Of a stretch of DNA of 31,919 bases, positions 24,495-31,919 are shown one piece after another. The DNA comes from a virus (taxonomy: Duplodnaviria > Caudoviricetes), in the IMG/VR virus record IMGVR_UViG_3300032320_001335, positions 1-31,919 of that record. One strand, written 5' to 3'. The translations under genes were made by a program, and so were the position numbers. The notes beneath the pieces were generated by a model. The model saw only the letters and a list, made by a program, of their open reading frames with translations, was not told the origin of the DNA and did not search any database. Each line of letters starts with the position of its first letter. The first letter of the stretch is position 1.

Positions 24495-27343
24495 TATGCT
24501 ACTTCTTCAAATTCTACGATGGAACCTGCTTTGATTGTAACAAGTGCGTTCACTGATGCGATTACACTCATGCTTACCGTTCCACTTGCGGTAGCTATAT
24601 AGATACCATCCGCGCTGGCGATACGCTGCGTAGTAGATAGCGATACAGCCGCTCCGGTATTGTTAGCAGAACCATTGTTAATTGTGTTGGTTGTACCACC
24701 CGTTCCGATTGTAAAACGATAAGTCGTTGTACCTGTTGGCCCATTGGTGCTAAGCATACCATTGACTGTACCTGTTGCAACAATAATGATCGTTGCTCGC
24801 CACTTGTATGTTTTACCTGCGCTTACTGCAAACGATAAACCTGTGATATTTTGGTAAGATGTGCCACTCGTAACAAAGTCACTTGTTAGTGCAGCATAAC
24901 CACCCACACCTATATCCGATTTTAATTCGGAAAGTGTTAAAGCAGAAACGGTGTTATCAGCATTGATACGCAAATAACGTACAGCACTTGGATTCGGTAG
25001 CGTTGCAAGGTTAGTTCCAACTGTAGTTAGTCCGATGCTGTTCTGCTTACCATTGAAGGTTGACCAATCAGCGCTACTTAATGCGCCACGATTTGCAGCA
25101 CTGGCAGTAGGGAGGTTGAAAGTGTGCGATGTGCCTGATGATACAACCGCAAAGTCTGTTCCTGTTGTGCCTGTACCTATTGTTTGCGCAGCACCTGTAA
25201 GTGAGTTGATGGCTGTGATGCCTGTACCCGCCATGATGCCTGCCTGTTGAGTAACAGTTAAGATTGAGGATGGTATTGCCGGATGTGGAGCTGTAGGACC
25301 AGCAGCTACTATTTCAACATTAGTATTGCTCGTTGACCACATTAGTTGGACATAATCTCCTGCTGCTAAATCGAGAACGTAATTCCAAGCCGCCACAACC
25401 GGAGAGGCATTTGCACTACCTGTAAGCACTATTTTCCCTGTAGTTGAAGGAACGTCAATACCATTTTTTCTTATCCAAATATCAGCAATCATGTTACCGC
25501 TTCCACCCGTTTTCTCCATTTGCAGCGAAAACTGAATGTTATAAATTCCTGTATTTGCTAACGTTATCCTTGTAGGATTTGAGCTTCCATCATTTACAAC
25601 GGTTACACCATTGGATAGATCAGTAGTATTGAATTTTACTGCATAGGCAGTATTTATGCTGGCTGCTGTTTGTGATGTACTATCTTGAAATGCGCCATAG
25701 TAACCTGTTGGCGTTGGTGTGGCTGTGTTATTCAACACGCCCGCACCTGTCAATGTCAAACCACTGCCGATTGTAAGCTCTTGCATGATGCCAGTACCTG
25801 CAGAATAACGACCAACCAATTTATTGGTGTTCATGCTGGTTGTAATCGTACCACTCGTTGTGATAGGACCGCCCGATATTAAACCTGTTGTTCCTACGGA
25901 AGTAACAGTACCACTACCTGCAGCGGGTGTAGACGAAATCCATTGACCTGTGGCTGTATTAAATGTTAGAACCTGACCATTCGTTGGTGTTGGTGCGTTA
26001 ACATCCGTTAAGCTGTCAAGCGTAGTTGGTATACTTGGCTTATTCTTGATAAAATCAAGTGCAGCATTATTGCTTTGATTCCAATCGGATTGAATTTGCG
26101 CTGCGGGTATAGTAGGTTTGTTAAGTATTTCAGACAAACCACTTACACTATTCCAATCACTGTTCACTTGAGCAGCAGGGATAGTTGGTTTATTTAGAAT
26201 TTCTTCAACACCACTAACTGCATTCCAATCTGAATTCACTTGTGCAGGTGGTATTGATGGAAAAGCTACCGGCGCTCCTGTTCCATCTAAATAATCCGAA
26301 GCTGAACCCGTAGGTACATCGAATTTGTTGTAGAATGCAGTAAAATCCGCAGAAGTCAGATACCCATCCTGAAAAAGATTTGAAGGCTGAATAGAAATAT
26401 CAGGCGTAGCACCACCGCTTGAAAGAATAGGCGATGTTGCAGTTACATCTTCAACAATCGTTGCAGGAATTGTTGGTTTATTCAGTATTTGATAATCACC
26501 GCTTGTTGCGTTCCAATCCACAGGTGTTTGACGCAAACGATAACCAACATTAACAAGTGTCCAGTAGCTTGTATTCGTTGGTAGCAATCCATCGTTATTT
26601 GCAATGCATTGGTATACGTTGCCGTTATACCATACCCTGTCACCAATTAAGTAAGGATTGCCTGTTGCTGTTGCGTGGTTTGCGTTCCATTCGGTACTAA
26701 CCAATTCACCTCCTCCTGCTGCATCAATGGTCACGCTACCATCTCCGTTGTCTGTGATAGTTACGTTCGTTCCTTCTAATAAATCAAGGATGTTCTGCAC
26801 AGCATTATCTACACCATTGGTTCGAAGTGTCAATCCGTAACCTGTGCCACTACCACCACTTGACGAACCACCTACTGCCCATACTGCAGGTATATCACAC
26901 GCTGACCAATCCCACGGCACTTCTAACTGAATCGTAAAGGCTACACCTGTCACTGTGTTTTTATATTCTTCAATGAATGGTTCAAACGTTGGATTGTTTA
27001 CGAGCTGCACATCGAATCCAAACAACTCTAATCCATTACGCACTTCAGCTATCAAGTCTTGTCCTAAACGCACGCAATCGCTAATCACTTCGCGCTGGTA
27101 TTCTGCCTTGTACTCTTTGTCGCGTGGAATATCTGCAAACATTATCATGAAGCCGAACTGCATACCACCTTGAATCGGTGTGATAGTGTCAGGTGTTACG
27201 TGCATGAACGGATATTGATCGTCCTGCAGTTGATCTGCTAAGTCGATTTGACCATGTGTAAATCGCTTAATCAAAAAGTGCCCAGCTGCGAATGCTTCCA
27301 GGCGATTAATTAAAACGTTATAGCTGTAGTTATAGCTTGTCAT
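24494..27343 (-). CDS. Tail-terminator-like domain fused to a long fibre/adhesin
   Basis: ~155-aa globular N-terminus, GS linker, Y..GD.V.YNG..YQC carbohydrate-binding-like module, SDWN repeats, G/T/S-rich shaft, beta-rich tip. Confidence 0.65.
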   Translation of the reverse strand: MTSYNYSYNVLINRLEAFAAGHFLIKRFTHGQIDLADQLQDDQYPFMHVTPDTITPIQGGMQFGFMIMFADIPRDKEYKAEYQREVISDCVRLGQDLIAEVRNGLELFGFDVQLVNNPTFEPFIEEYKNTVTGVAFTIQLEVPWDWSACDIPAVWAVGGSSSGGSGTGYGLTLRTNGVDNAVQNILDLLEGTNVTITDNGDGSVTIDAAGGGELVSTEWNANHATATGNPYLIGDRVWYNGNVYQCIANNDGLLPTNTSYWTLVNVGYRLRQTPVDWNATSGDYQILNKPTIPATIVEDVTATSPILSSGGATPDISIQPSNLFQDGYLTSADFTAFYNKFDVPTGSASDYLDGTGAPVAFPSIPPAQVNSDWNAVSGVEEILNKPTIPAAQVNSDWNSVSGLSEILNKPTIPAAQIQSDWNQSNNAALDFIKNKPSIPTTLDSLTDVNAPTPTNGQVLTFNTATGQWISSTPAAGSGTVTSVGTTGLISGGPITTSGTITTSMNTNKLVGRYSAGTGIMQELTIGSGLTLTGAGVLNNTATPTPTGYYGAFQDSTSQTAASINTAYAVKFNTTDLSNGVTVVNDGSSNPTRITLANTGIYNIQFSLQMEKTGGSGNMIADIWIRKNGIDVPSTTGKIVLTGSANASPVVAAWNYVLDLAAGDYVQLMWSTSNTNVEIVAAGPTAPHPAIPSSILTVTQQAGIMAGTGITAINSLTGAAQTIGTGTTGTDFAVVSSGTSHTFNLPTASAANRGALSSADWSTFNGKQNSIGLTTVGTNLATLPNPSAVRYLRINADNTVSALTLSELKSDIGVGGYAALTSDFVTSGTSYQNITGLSFAVSAGKTYKWRATIIIVATGTVNGMLSTNGPTGTTTYRFTIGTGGTTNTINNGSANNTGAAVSLSTTQRIASADGIYIATASGTVSMSVIASVNALVTIKAGSIVEFEEVA
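26025..26530 (-). repeat. Intragenic ~24-aa repeats (DWN..SG...ILNKPTIP), 4 copies
   Basis: Visible in the translation; three tandem copies plus one separated copy; boundaries approximate. Confidence 0.85.
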
Positions 27344-27609
27344 CTATTCCTTTTTTTCATTTCCATTTTCTGCACATACACGTAATCTGCTAAGTACGTT
27401 AAGTGCGTAAACACTTCATAACACCTGCGTTCCGTAACTGCATCGAACTTTGATATGTCCCTATCTGCCAAAGATTCGATAATATGGAACCAACCATACA
27501 CACCTAATCCGTCAGGGGTTGCTGTTCCTTCATCTCCTTCACTATCTCCGTTATCTCCTTTGCCAAATAGACGAGGGAATCGTTGTATAGTTCGATTTCT
27601 AAACTCGAA
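27340..27609 (-). CDS. -1 frameshift extension of the tail assembly chaperone (GT-like)
   Basis: Frame open from T9 run (27608-27616): FEFRNRTIQRFPRLFG...YGWFHII..LA...I.KFDAVT...; stop ATGA-coupled to the next gene. Confidence 0.8.
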   Translation of the reverse strand, partial: FEFRNRTIQRFPRLFGKGDNGDSEGDEGTATPDGLGVYGWFHIIESLADRDISKFDAVTERRCYEVFTHLTYLADYVYVQKMEMKKRNR

Positions 27610-28106
27610 AAAAAAAGCAGCGTATTGAATACATGATCTAAAGTCAATTCGCCTACTGCGCTTTCGTATTTGCGCTTGTCATTTGTCTTGTACGGTTCGA
27701 TGTCGTAGTACTTACCAAACTTTGCTACGATAGGGCGATATAGTATGCACATCATTTTGTGTGCAGCTTCACCCATGATTTTTCCGTCTTTGTAGATTTC
27801 AGCGCACATGCTGTCCAAATCCACGTATTCACCAAAAGACATTGCACTTAAGTCAGGAATAAAACCTAATTCATACGCACCAATGCGCACCGTACGTTCA
27901 AAGTCTTGGCTTGTCAATCTTATCGCAGCTGCAAATTGGTCAATGATTTCATCTATTACATGCACCTGTAGCAGGCGAATGCTCTCTGTGCTCTTGCCTG
28001 TAATGATGCGCACCTGTTCCACCTTATCGACCGCGTTTTGATAGTCGATGTATTGGTTCAGCGTGATGCCTTTTGCGTTAGCTGCTATGCTAAAGTTTAA
28101 TTTCAT
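27504..28106 (-). CDS. Tail assembly chaperone (G-like)
   Basis: GFIPDL..MSFGEYVDLD, M.ILYRP, LLFF slippery site. Confidence 0.75.
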   Translation of the reverse strand: MKLNFSIAANAKGITLNQYIDYQNAVDKVEQVRIITGKSTESIRLLQVHVIDEIIDQFAAAIRLTSQDFERTVRIGAYELGFIPDLSAMSFGEYVDLDSMCAEIYKDGKIMGEAAHKMMCILYRPIVAKFGKYYDIEPYKTNDKRKYESAVGELTLDHVFNTLLFFSSLEIELYNDSLVYLAKEITEIVKEMKEQQPLTD

Positions 28107-28114
28107 GCTCTGTT

Positions 28115-28145
28115 GTATTGTAGTTTTTGATTCCTTTTTGTTACA
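28115..28145 (-). promoter_or_regulatory. Candidate late promoter, copy 2
   Basis: TGTAACAAAA-N12-CTACAATAC. Confidence 0.6.
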
Positions 28146-28431
28146 AGTCGGAGTGTACGTTGATTACTACCGGTGCTTTTTGGTCACCAGCTACGGTAAC
28201 ACGCGCCTGTTTGGGTTTGAAGTATTCAAGTACATCCAGCGTAAGTGCTGAAGCCTTAAACTTCAAATCTTCATCGCGTGAATCCATGCACTCATTTATA
28301 AATTCCGCAACCTTTGGTAACGCTTCAGCTACAAAGGTGCTACCGAATTCTTCCCACTCTAAAGTTTTTTTGTTCAAGCTTCCAAGTGGTCTACCATTCG
28401 GGTTATTGGTCATTCCTTTTTGAAGTCCCAT
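28141..28431 (-). CDS. Probable terminase small subunit
   Basis: N-terminal KG...NPNGRP.GS.NK motif, helical core, EY..PK. Confidence 0.6.
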   Translation of the reverse strand: MGLQKGMTNNPNGRPLGSLNKKTLEWEEFGSTFVAEALPKVAEFINECMDSRDEDLKFKASALTLDVLEYFKPKQARVTVAGDQKAPVVINVHSDL

Positions 28432-28455
28432 GTTTGTTATTTTGATGTTTACAAA

Positions 28456-28596
28456 TCACTTCTGTTCATACTGCGCTATGCATACAGCTATGCGCTGCTG
28501 TGCATCAGGATATTCACCTTGCACCTTTGCATCACTCATGCAGCGTGCGATGAATTCGTTTTTTTCTTCTTTGGGGTTTGGTGTTGGTAGGGGCAT
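28456..28596 (-). CDS. 46-aa phage protein (not in ORF track)
   Basis: MPLPTP...EFIARCMSD....EYPD..QR.AVC. Confidence 0.75.
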   Translation of the reverse strand: MPLPTPNPKEEKNEFIARCMSDAKVQGEYPDAQQRIAVCIAQYEQK

Positions 28597-28603
28597 GGTA
28601 TAT

Positions 28604-28933
28604 TTATTTAAATAGGATTGCGCGTGTAAGTGTTTTCTCGTTAATCAAATCAACCTGGTCTTGATTGTTATCGTAGTGGATGTCGATGTCATAACGCACC
28701 ATGTAAGGAAATTTGTCTTTGCCATTGGTGTATTTGATTCGCATACGTGGAATTCCTAAAAGTGCAGCTGTTCTATTCACTGCATCATTGTTTCCTTCGC
28801 GCTGGCGTGCTGTAATAATCCACACATCATGCCCGGTAGCAATCTTTTCAGCTGCGAGCTCTTTCCCTTTGGTAGTGGATAGCGTGCCATCGTAGTCAAA
28901 CGATATCTTTGTTTTAGCAAGTTGTATTTTCAT
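28604..28933 (-). CDS. Minimal HAD-superfamily phosphatase-like protein
   Basis: FDYDGTL, IITAR, K, HYDN motifs. Confidence 0.75.
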   Translation of the reverse strand: MKIQLAKTKISFDYDGTLSTTKGKELAAEKIATGHDVWIITARQREGNNDAVNRTAALLGIPRMRIKYTNGKDKFPYMVRYDIDIHYDNNQDQVDLINEKTLTRAILFK

Positions 28934-29376
28934 TTGTCGATTTTACCTAATTGTCTACGGAATTCTGTAATGAGATCACGTATGCACGATGCGCACCCGG
29001 ATGGGCGTTCATGCTTCTTCGTTATCTTGCTATACCAATAGTACAGCATTTGTAAATCTTCCTGTTGTATCTTGTTAGCTTTGCTTATCTTACCAATGAA
29101 GATATCCAGCGCAGCTATTTCTTCATCACTCATGTCTTGAGCAAACCACTTTCGTGCTGGGCATGATGCAAAGCGGAACTTTGTCTTCACGTCCATGAAG
29201 CAGCCGCAAAGCTTTATCTTCTCTTTGTAGTAGGTTACATCATTCTCTTCAGGATTGACGTTGTTACCTATGATTGGTGTACCACAAGTGCCAAATGTGC
29301 CGTTATAAAACTTACATTTTTTGCAAGTATTCAATCTCTCGCGCTGTATGTGAGAGGGAACGTTGAAGTTTAACAT
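28930..29376 (-). CDS. Cys-rich metal-binding protein
   Basis: R...CKKC, C, CGCFM..K......CP..KW, CASC. Confidence 0.7.
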   Translation of the reverse strand: MLNFNVPSHIQRERLNTCKKCKFYNGTFGTCGTPIIGNNVNPEENDVTYYKEKIKLCGCFMDVKTKFRFASCPARKWFAQDMSDEEIAALDIFIGKISKANKIQQEDLQMLYYWYSKITKKHERPSGCASCIRDLITEFRRQLGKIDK

Positions 29377-29866
29377 ATTCTCTTATTCGTTTTAATGCTC
29401 TATGTATTGATGTGCGCAGGTAGTTGTAAGGAATACCTGTTTCGCGGCTTAATTCTTTATAGTCAAAATCGGGTTTTGAGTATAGACGCAAAAGGATTGC
29501 ATCAAATTCGTTCAAACGTCCGATTGCGTTGTATAGATATTCACCATCTATGAATGCACCTATCCATGTTTCGTCCTGTTTGCTATCGTCAACCTGTTTT
29601 TCTACGTGCAATTCGTAGTATTTGCGATATTTAATTGCATAATCGCTCCTATTGCTGTGCCACGATAGCCACAATGCCCTGTTCACGTATGCTTCTACTT
29701 TACCCTTGCACACTATATCTTCAATGTCCTGCCGTGGGCGATCCATTAACCGGGCAAGTACCTCATGCAACAAATCACTTCCTTTGTTTTTATCGTGTGC
29801 AAGCCTACTGGCTTTATCCAGCCATGCGTTATAGTGTTTCCCAATATGGATACTTACGCAGTCGAT
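29312..29866 (-). CDS. ECF-like sigma factor, probable non-AUG start
   Basis: Region 2-like DLLHEV and region 4 HTH YKELSRETGIPYNYLRTSIHRALKRIR; frame open to ATC at 29866. Confidence 0.7.
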   Translation of the reverse strand: MDCVSIHIGKHYNAWLDKASRLAHDKNKGSDLLHEVLARLMDRPRQDIEDIVCKGKVEAYVNRALWLSWHSNRSDYAIKYRKYYELHVEKQVDDSKQDETWIGAFIDGEYLYNAIGRLNEFDAILLRLYSKPDFDYKELSRETGIPYNYLRTSIHRALKRIREYVKLQRSLSHTAREIEYLQKM

Positions 29867-29888
29867 TTGTTAAATTTTAAAAATAGTT

Positions 29889-29943
29889 GTGTAAAAACTT
29901 GCACTACTAATAAATTGGTGTACATTTGTACCCGTCAAAGATA
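29889..29943. promoter_or_regulatory. Divergent early/late control region
   Basis: + promoter TTG-19-TACATTTG (29899-29928); - strand TATCTTTG (29936-29943); palindrome GTGTAA-N4-TTGCAC (29889-29904). Confidence 0.75.
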
Positions 29944-29959
29944 AACAAAAACAAAACAC

Positions 29960-30214
29960 ATGTATACAACTATTATCGACAATCGCCCTCAACACGAAGA
30001 AGAAGGTTCATTCCCATGCATTTACTGCGACTGGTCACACTGCTATGAAGATGAAGTCAAAGAATTAGCTATTGACTTCATGCATAAGTGGAATGCAAGC
30101 AATGACGAATGTGACCATTTAAGCTGGAAGGAATTCATTGAAGATGCCATTGAAGTAGTTAAGGACTACTCACACGTGGAAACACAATGTGACCACTGTA
30201 ACGCAATCAAGTAA
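29960..30214 (+). CDS. Acidic CxxC...CxxC protein
   Basis: CIYC and CDHC; first gene after the promoter. Confidence 0.7.
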   Translation: MYTTIIDNRPQHEEEGSFPCIYCDWSHCYEDEVKELAIDFMHKWNASNDECDHLSWKEFIEDAIEVVKDYSHVETQCDHCNAIK

Positions 30215-30235
30215 ATAATTTAAAACCCAATACAA

Positions 30236-30565
30236 ATGTTAATCGAAGTTACACACACAGCACCGGTGCGAGTAGGCACTACTCAAATCAAATTGCCTCA
30301 CTACTACGTTGGTGGCGTTTACATCAAGTATTACTGTTGCATGAATGAAAACATGCAGTTAATAATGGTTTATGCCAACCAGTATGGCTGCAACATCGAA
30401 ACCAAAAGCTACGATGAGGAACAGGATATAGCCTTCCGCTTAGAGCGTGACATGCGCGACAAGCTATATGAGCCAATCGAAGAAGCGGTGTTCATGCATA
30501 AGTTCAGCGAAGCACATCGTGAGATATTCTACATTGTCAATCCGAAATTAAAACCAATCGAATGA
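30236..30565 (+). CDS. Hypothetical protein
   Basis: 109 aa, A-rich leader. Confidence 0.75.
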   Translation: MLIEVTHTAPVRVGTTQIKLPHYYVGGVYIKYYCCMNENMQLIMVYANQYGCNIETKSYDEEQDIAFRLERDMRDKLYEPIEEAVFMHKFSEAHREIFYIVNPKLKPIE

Positions 30566-30798
30566 GAAAGCGACAGGAATTAAATCAACTAATAGCACGC
30601 ACAGTAGGGAGCAAAGCTGCTCTCCTACGTGCGATGCAAAGGAGCAACACGCCAATAGTGAAAAAGACTCTTCATAATTGGTGTGACGATCCAGGCAGCA
30701 TCAAACTACGCCAGCTAATCAATCTTAGCCGGGTGATGGAAGTGCCAGTGTGCGAGATAGTCGATTGTATAACCATTAAAACCGAAGGCGATGAATGA
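30562..30798 (+). CDS. XRE/Cro-like HTH protein
   Basis: SKAAL.RAM.....KTLHNW...P..I.L.QL..LS..MEVPVCEI. Confidence 0.7.
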   Translation: MRKRQELNQLIARTVGSKAALLRAMQRSNTPIVKKTLHNWCDDPGSIKLRQLINLSRVMEVPVCEIVDCITIKTEGDE

Positions 30799-31390
30799 AT
30801 ATAAAGCATACATAAAGACACAAGGGAAGAAGCTACGCACTACTAAGCTACCAACGCGCAGCGATATCCTTACTATCATGAAGAAGTTTGATAAGATGAG
30901 TTTTGCGGATCTGCGAAAGGAACTAAATGTAAGCAATGCAAAGTTGATGGATTGGTGCAAGCTGGTATTCAGCAATGACGATAAGGAAAAAAGATGGCGT
31001 GAAATCGAGCAGAACCTGAATAAAATGGAGTTTCATGAAGAATTCACCGATTCTATGCAGAGTGAATACATAGTACATGACATGCGAAGGGTTGGTGACA
31101 AAAGCTTTTATACCATCAAAAAGAAAGTAGTGAATGAATATCGCATCTGCTACCTTGTTACACTTGATAATGCAATCAATGTTATCGTGCGCTTTGATAT
31201 TCCGATTGAGCGAAGCAGTATTAAGTATTGCCCGGTATCACTTGGATGCGATTATGAAGTGCATTCGATAGGAGGCTGGGAGTATTCGCAACTTGAAAAG
31301 CATTTGCCTGTGGTTACGATTCAGGCAGATGAAGATTATGTAGGCAATTTTTGGTTAGCAATGTCAAACATGTTACAGCATGAAGCATGA
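30791..31390 (+). CDS. Hypothetical protein with N-terminal HTH-like segment
   Basis: MSFADLRKELNVSNAKLMDW. Confidence 0.6.
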   Translation: MNEYKAYIKTQGKKLRTTKLPTRSDILTIMKKFDKMSFADLRKELNVSNAKLMDWCKLVFSNDDKEKRWREIEQNLNKMEFHEEFTDSMQSEYIVHDMRRVGDKSFYTIKKKVVNEYRICYLVTLDNAINVIVRFDIPIERSSIKYCPVSLGCDYEVHSIGGWEYSQLEKHLPVVTIQADEDYVGNFWLAMSNMLQHEA

Positions 31391-31742
31391 CGAAAGCAAG
31401 ATGCAGCAGCGATGCGTTGAATGGTTCCGCTATTCATTCCCTCGTACACTGATTGCATCCTTCCCAAACGGTGTGTTCATTGGTGGCACGCCAGTGCAAC
31501 GCGCCAAACGTTGGAACATATTAAAAGCAGAAGGAGCAATGCCCGGTATGCCTGACTTAATGATATGCATGGCATCAGCTGGACATCATGCACTGTTCAT
31601 CGAGATGAAAACCGAAAAGGGTAAGCTATCCGACACACAAAAAATCGTTCATGCACAGCTTATCAATGCAGGTTACTGCGTGAAAGTCTGCAGATCATTC
31701 GAAGAATTCACACAAACAATTAAAATTTATTTAGAAAAATGA
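31380..31742 (+). CDS. VRR-NUC / PD-(D/E)XK nuclease
   Basis: E..Q, G.PDL, FIEMKT.KGKLS..QK, GY.V.VCRS. Confidence 0.88.
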   Translation: MKHDESKMQQRCVEWFRYSFPRTLIASFPNGVFIGGTPVQRAKRWNILKAEGAMPGMPDLMICMASAGHHALFIEMKTEKGKLSDTQKIVHAQLINAGYCVKVCRSFEEFTQTIKIYLEK

Positions 31743-31846
31743 GATACGAAGAACCCGAATGCGATAACAGCAACAGCAAGATGCTATTGATTATGATGGT
31801 TGGTGCTATAATCGGATTCATGATTGCCACAATTATTTGGAAGTAA
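31739..31846 (+). CDS. 35-aa single-TM peptide (not in ORF track)
   Basis: MRYEEPEC...LLIMMVGAIIGFMIATIIWK; ATGA-coupled. Confidence 0.6.
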   Translation: MRYEEPECDNSNSKMLLIMMVGAIIGFMIATIIWK

Positions 31847-31866
31847 GTATAGTTTGACTATATTTG
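31836..31866 (+). promoter_or_regulatory. Sigma-A promoter
   Basis: TTTG-19 nt-TATATTTG. Confidence 0.85.
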
Positions 31867-31919
31867 CAACGCTACTCAGTATGAAAAACATTTTAAATCC
31901 CATCACTACCGCATTGCCA
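31859..31919 (+). repeat. Copy 2 of the promoter/leader element, cut by the window end
   Basis: Near-identical to 723-782; uORF MKNILNPITTALP from 31881. Confidence 0.95.

Larger units (their letters stand above)
1..31919. mobile_element. Near-complete tailed phage genome (siphovirus-like), probable Bacteroidota host
   Basis: Full set of packaging, head, tail, lysis and replication genes in two opposing arms; no host housekeeping genes; Bacteroidota-type promoters. Confidence 0.93.

Noticed and set aside
24494-25100. Diversity-generating retroelement target at the fibre tip
   Set aside because: No reverse transcriptase and no template/variable repeat pair seen
31859-31919. Terminal redundancy proving circularity
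   Set aside because: The match is to 723-782, not to base 1, and has three differences; treated as an internal repeat
1-31919. Stop-codon reassignment
   Set aside because: Long genes read intact in the standard code, and TAA, TAG and TGA all terminate genes

Overview
The window looks like a nearly complete ~32-kb genome of a tailed, siphovirus-like phage of a Bacteroidota (Flavobacteria-like) host. Host evidence is at least five promoters matching the Bacteroidota sigma-A consensus (T)TTG-N19-TAnnTTTG, plus A-rich, Shine-Dalgarno-free translation starts. The + strand arm (29960-31919, then 1-7921) carries HTH proteins, a VRR-NUC nuclease, a ParB-like protein, a replication initiator with internal iterons, terL, a Sak-like annealase, a YqaJ-like exonuclease and many small ORFs. 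The - strand arm (29866 to 7922) carries a sigma factor, terS, a frameshifted tail chaperone, tail and fibre genes, tape measure, protease, scaffold, capsid, major tail protein, portal, a lysis cassette and a metallophosphoesterase. I found no integrase, DNA polymerase, tRNA or CRISPR array. The most interesting signals are non-coding. (1) A duplicated promoter + leader peptide + structured RNA element precedes the replication gene and recurs at the window end. (2) A 15-bp GGAGGTGAYAAATGA junction ends four small genes (all ...GGDK*), three of them in tandem next to the recombination genes. (3) Two promoter-to-terminator ~70-nt candidate sRNAs are antisense to translation-initiation-type sequences. 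(4) The sigma gene appears to start at a non-AUG codon, and a candidate cognate late promoter occurs twice. All protein calls come from motif recognition by eye; no searches were run.
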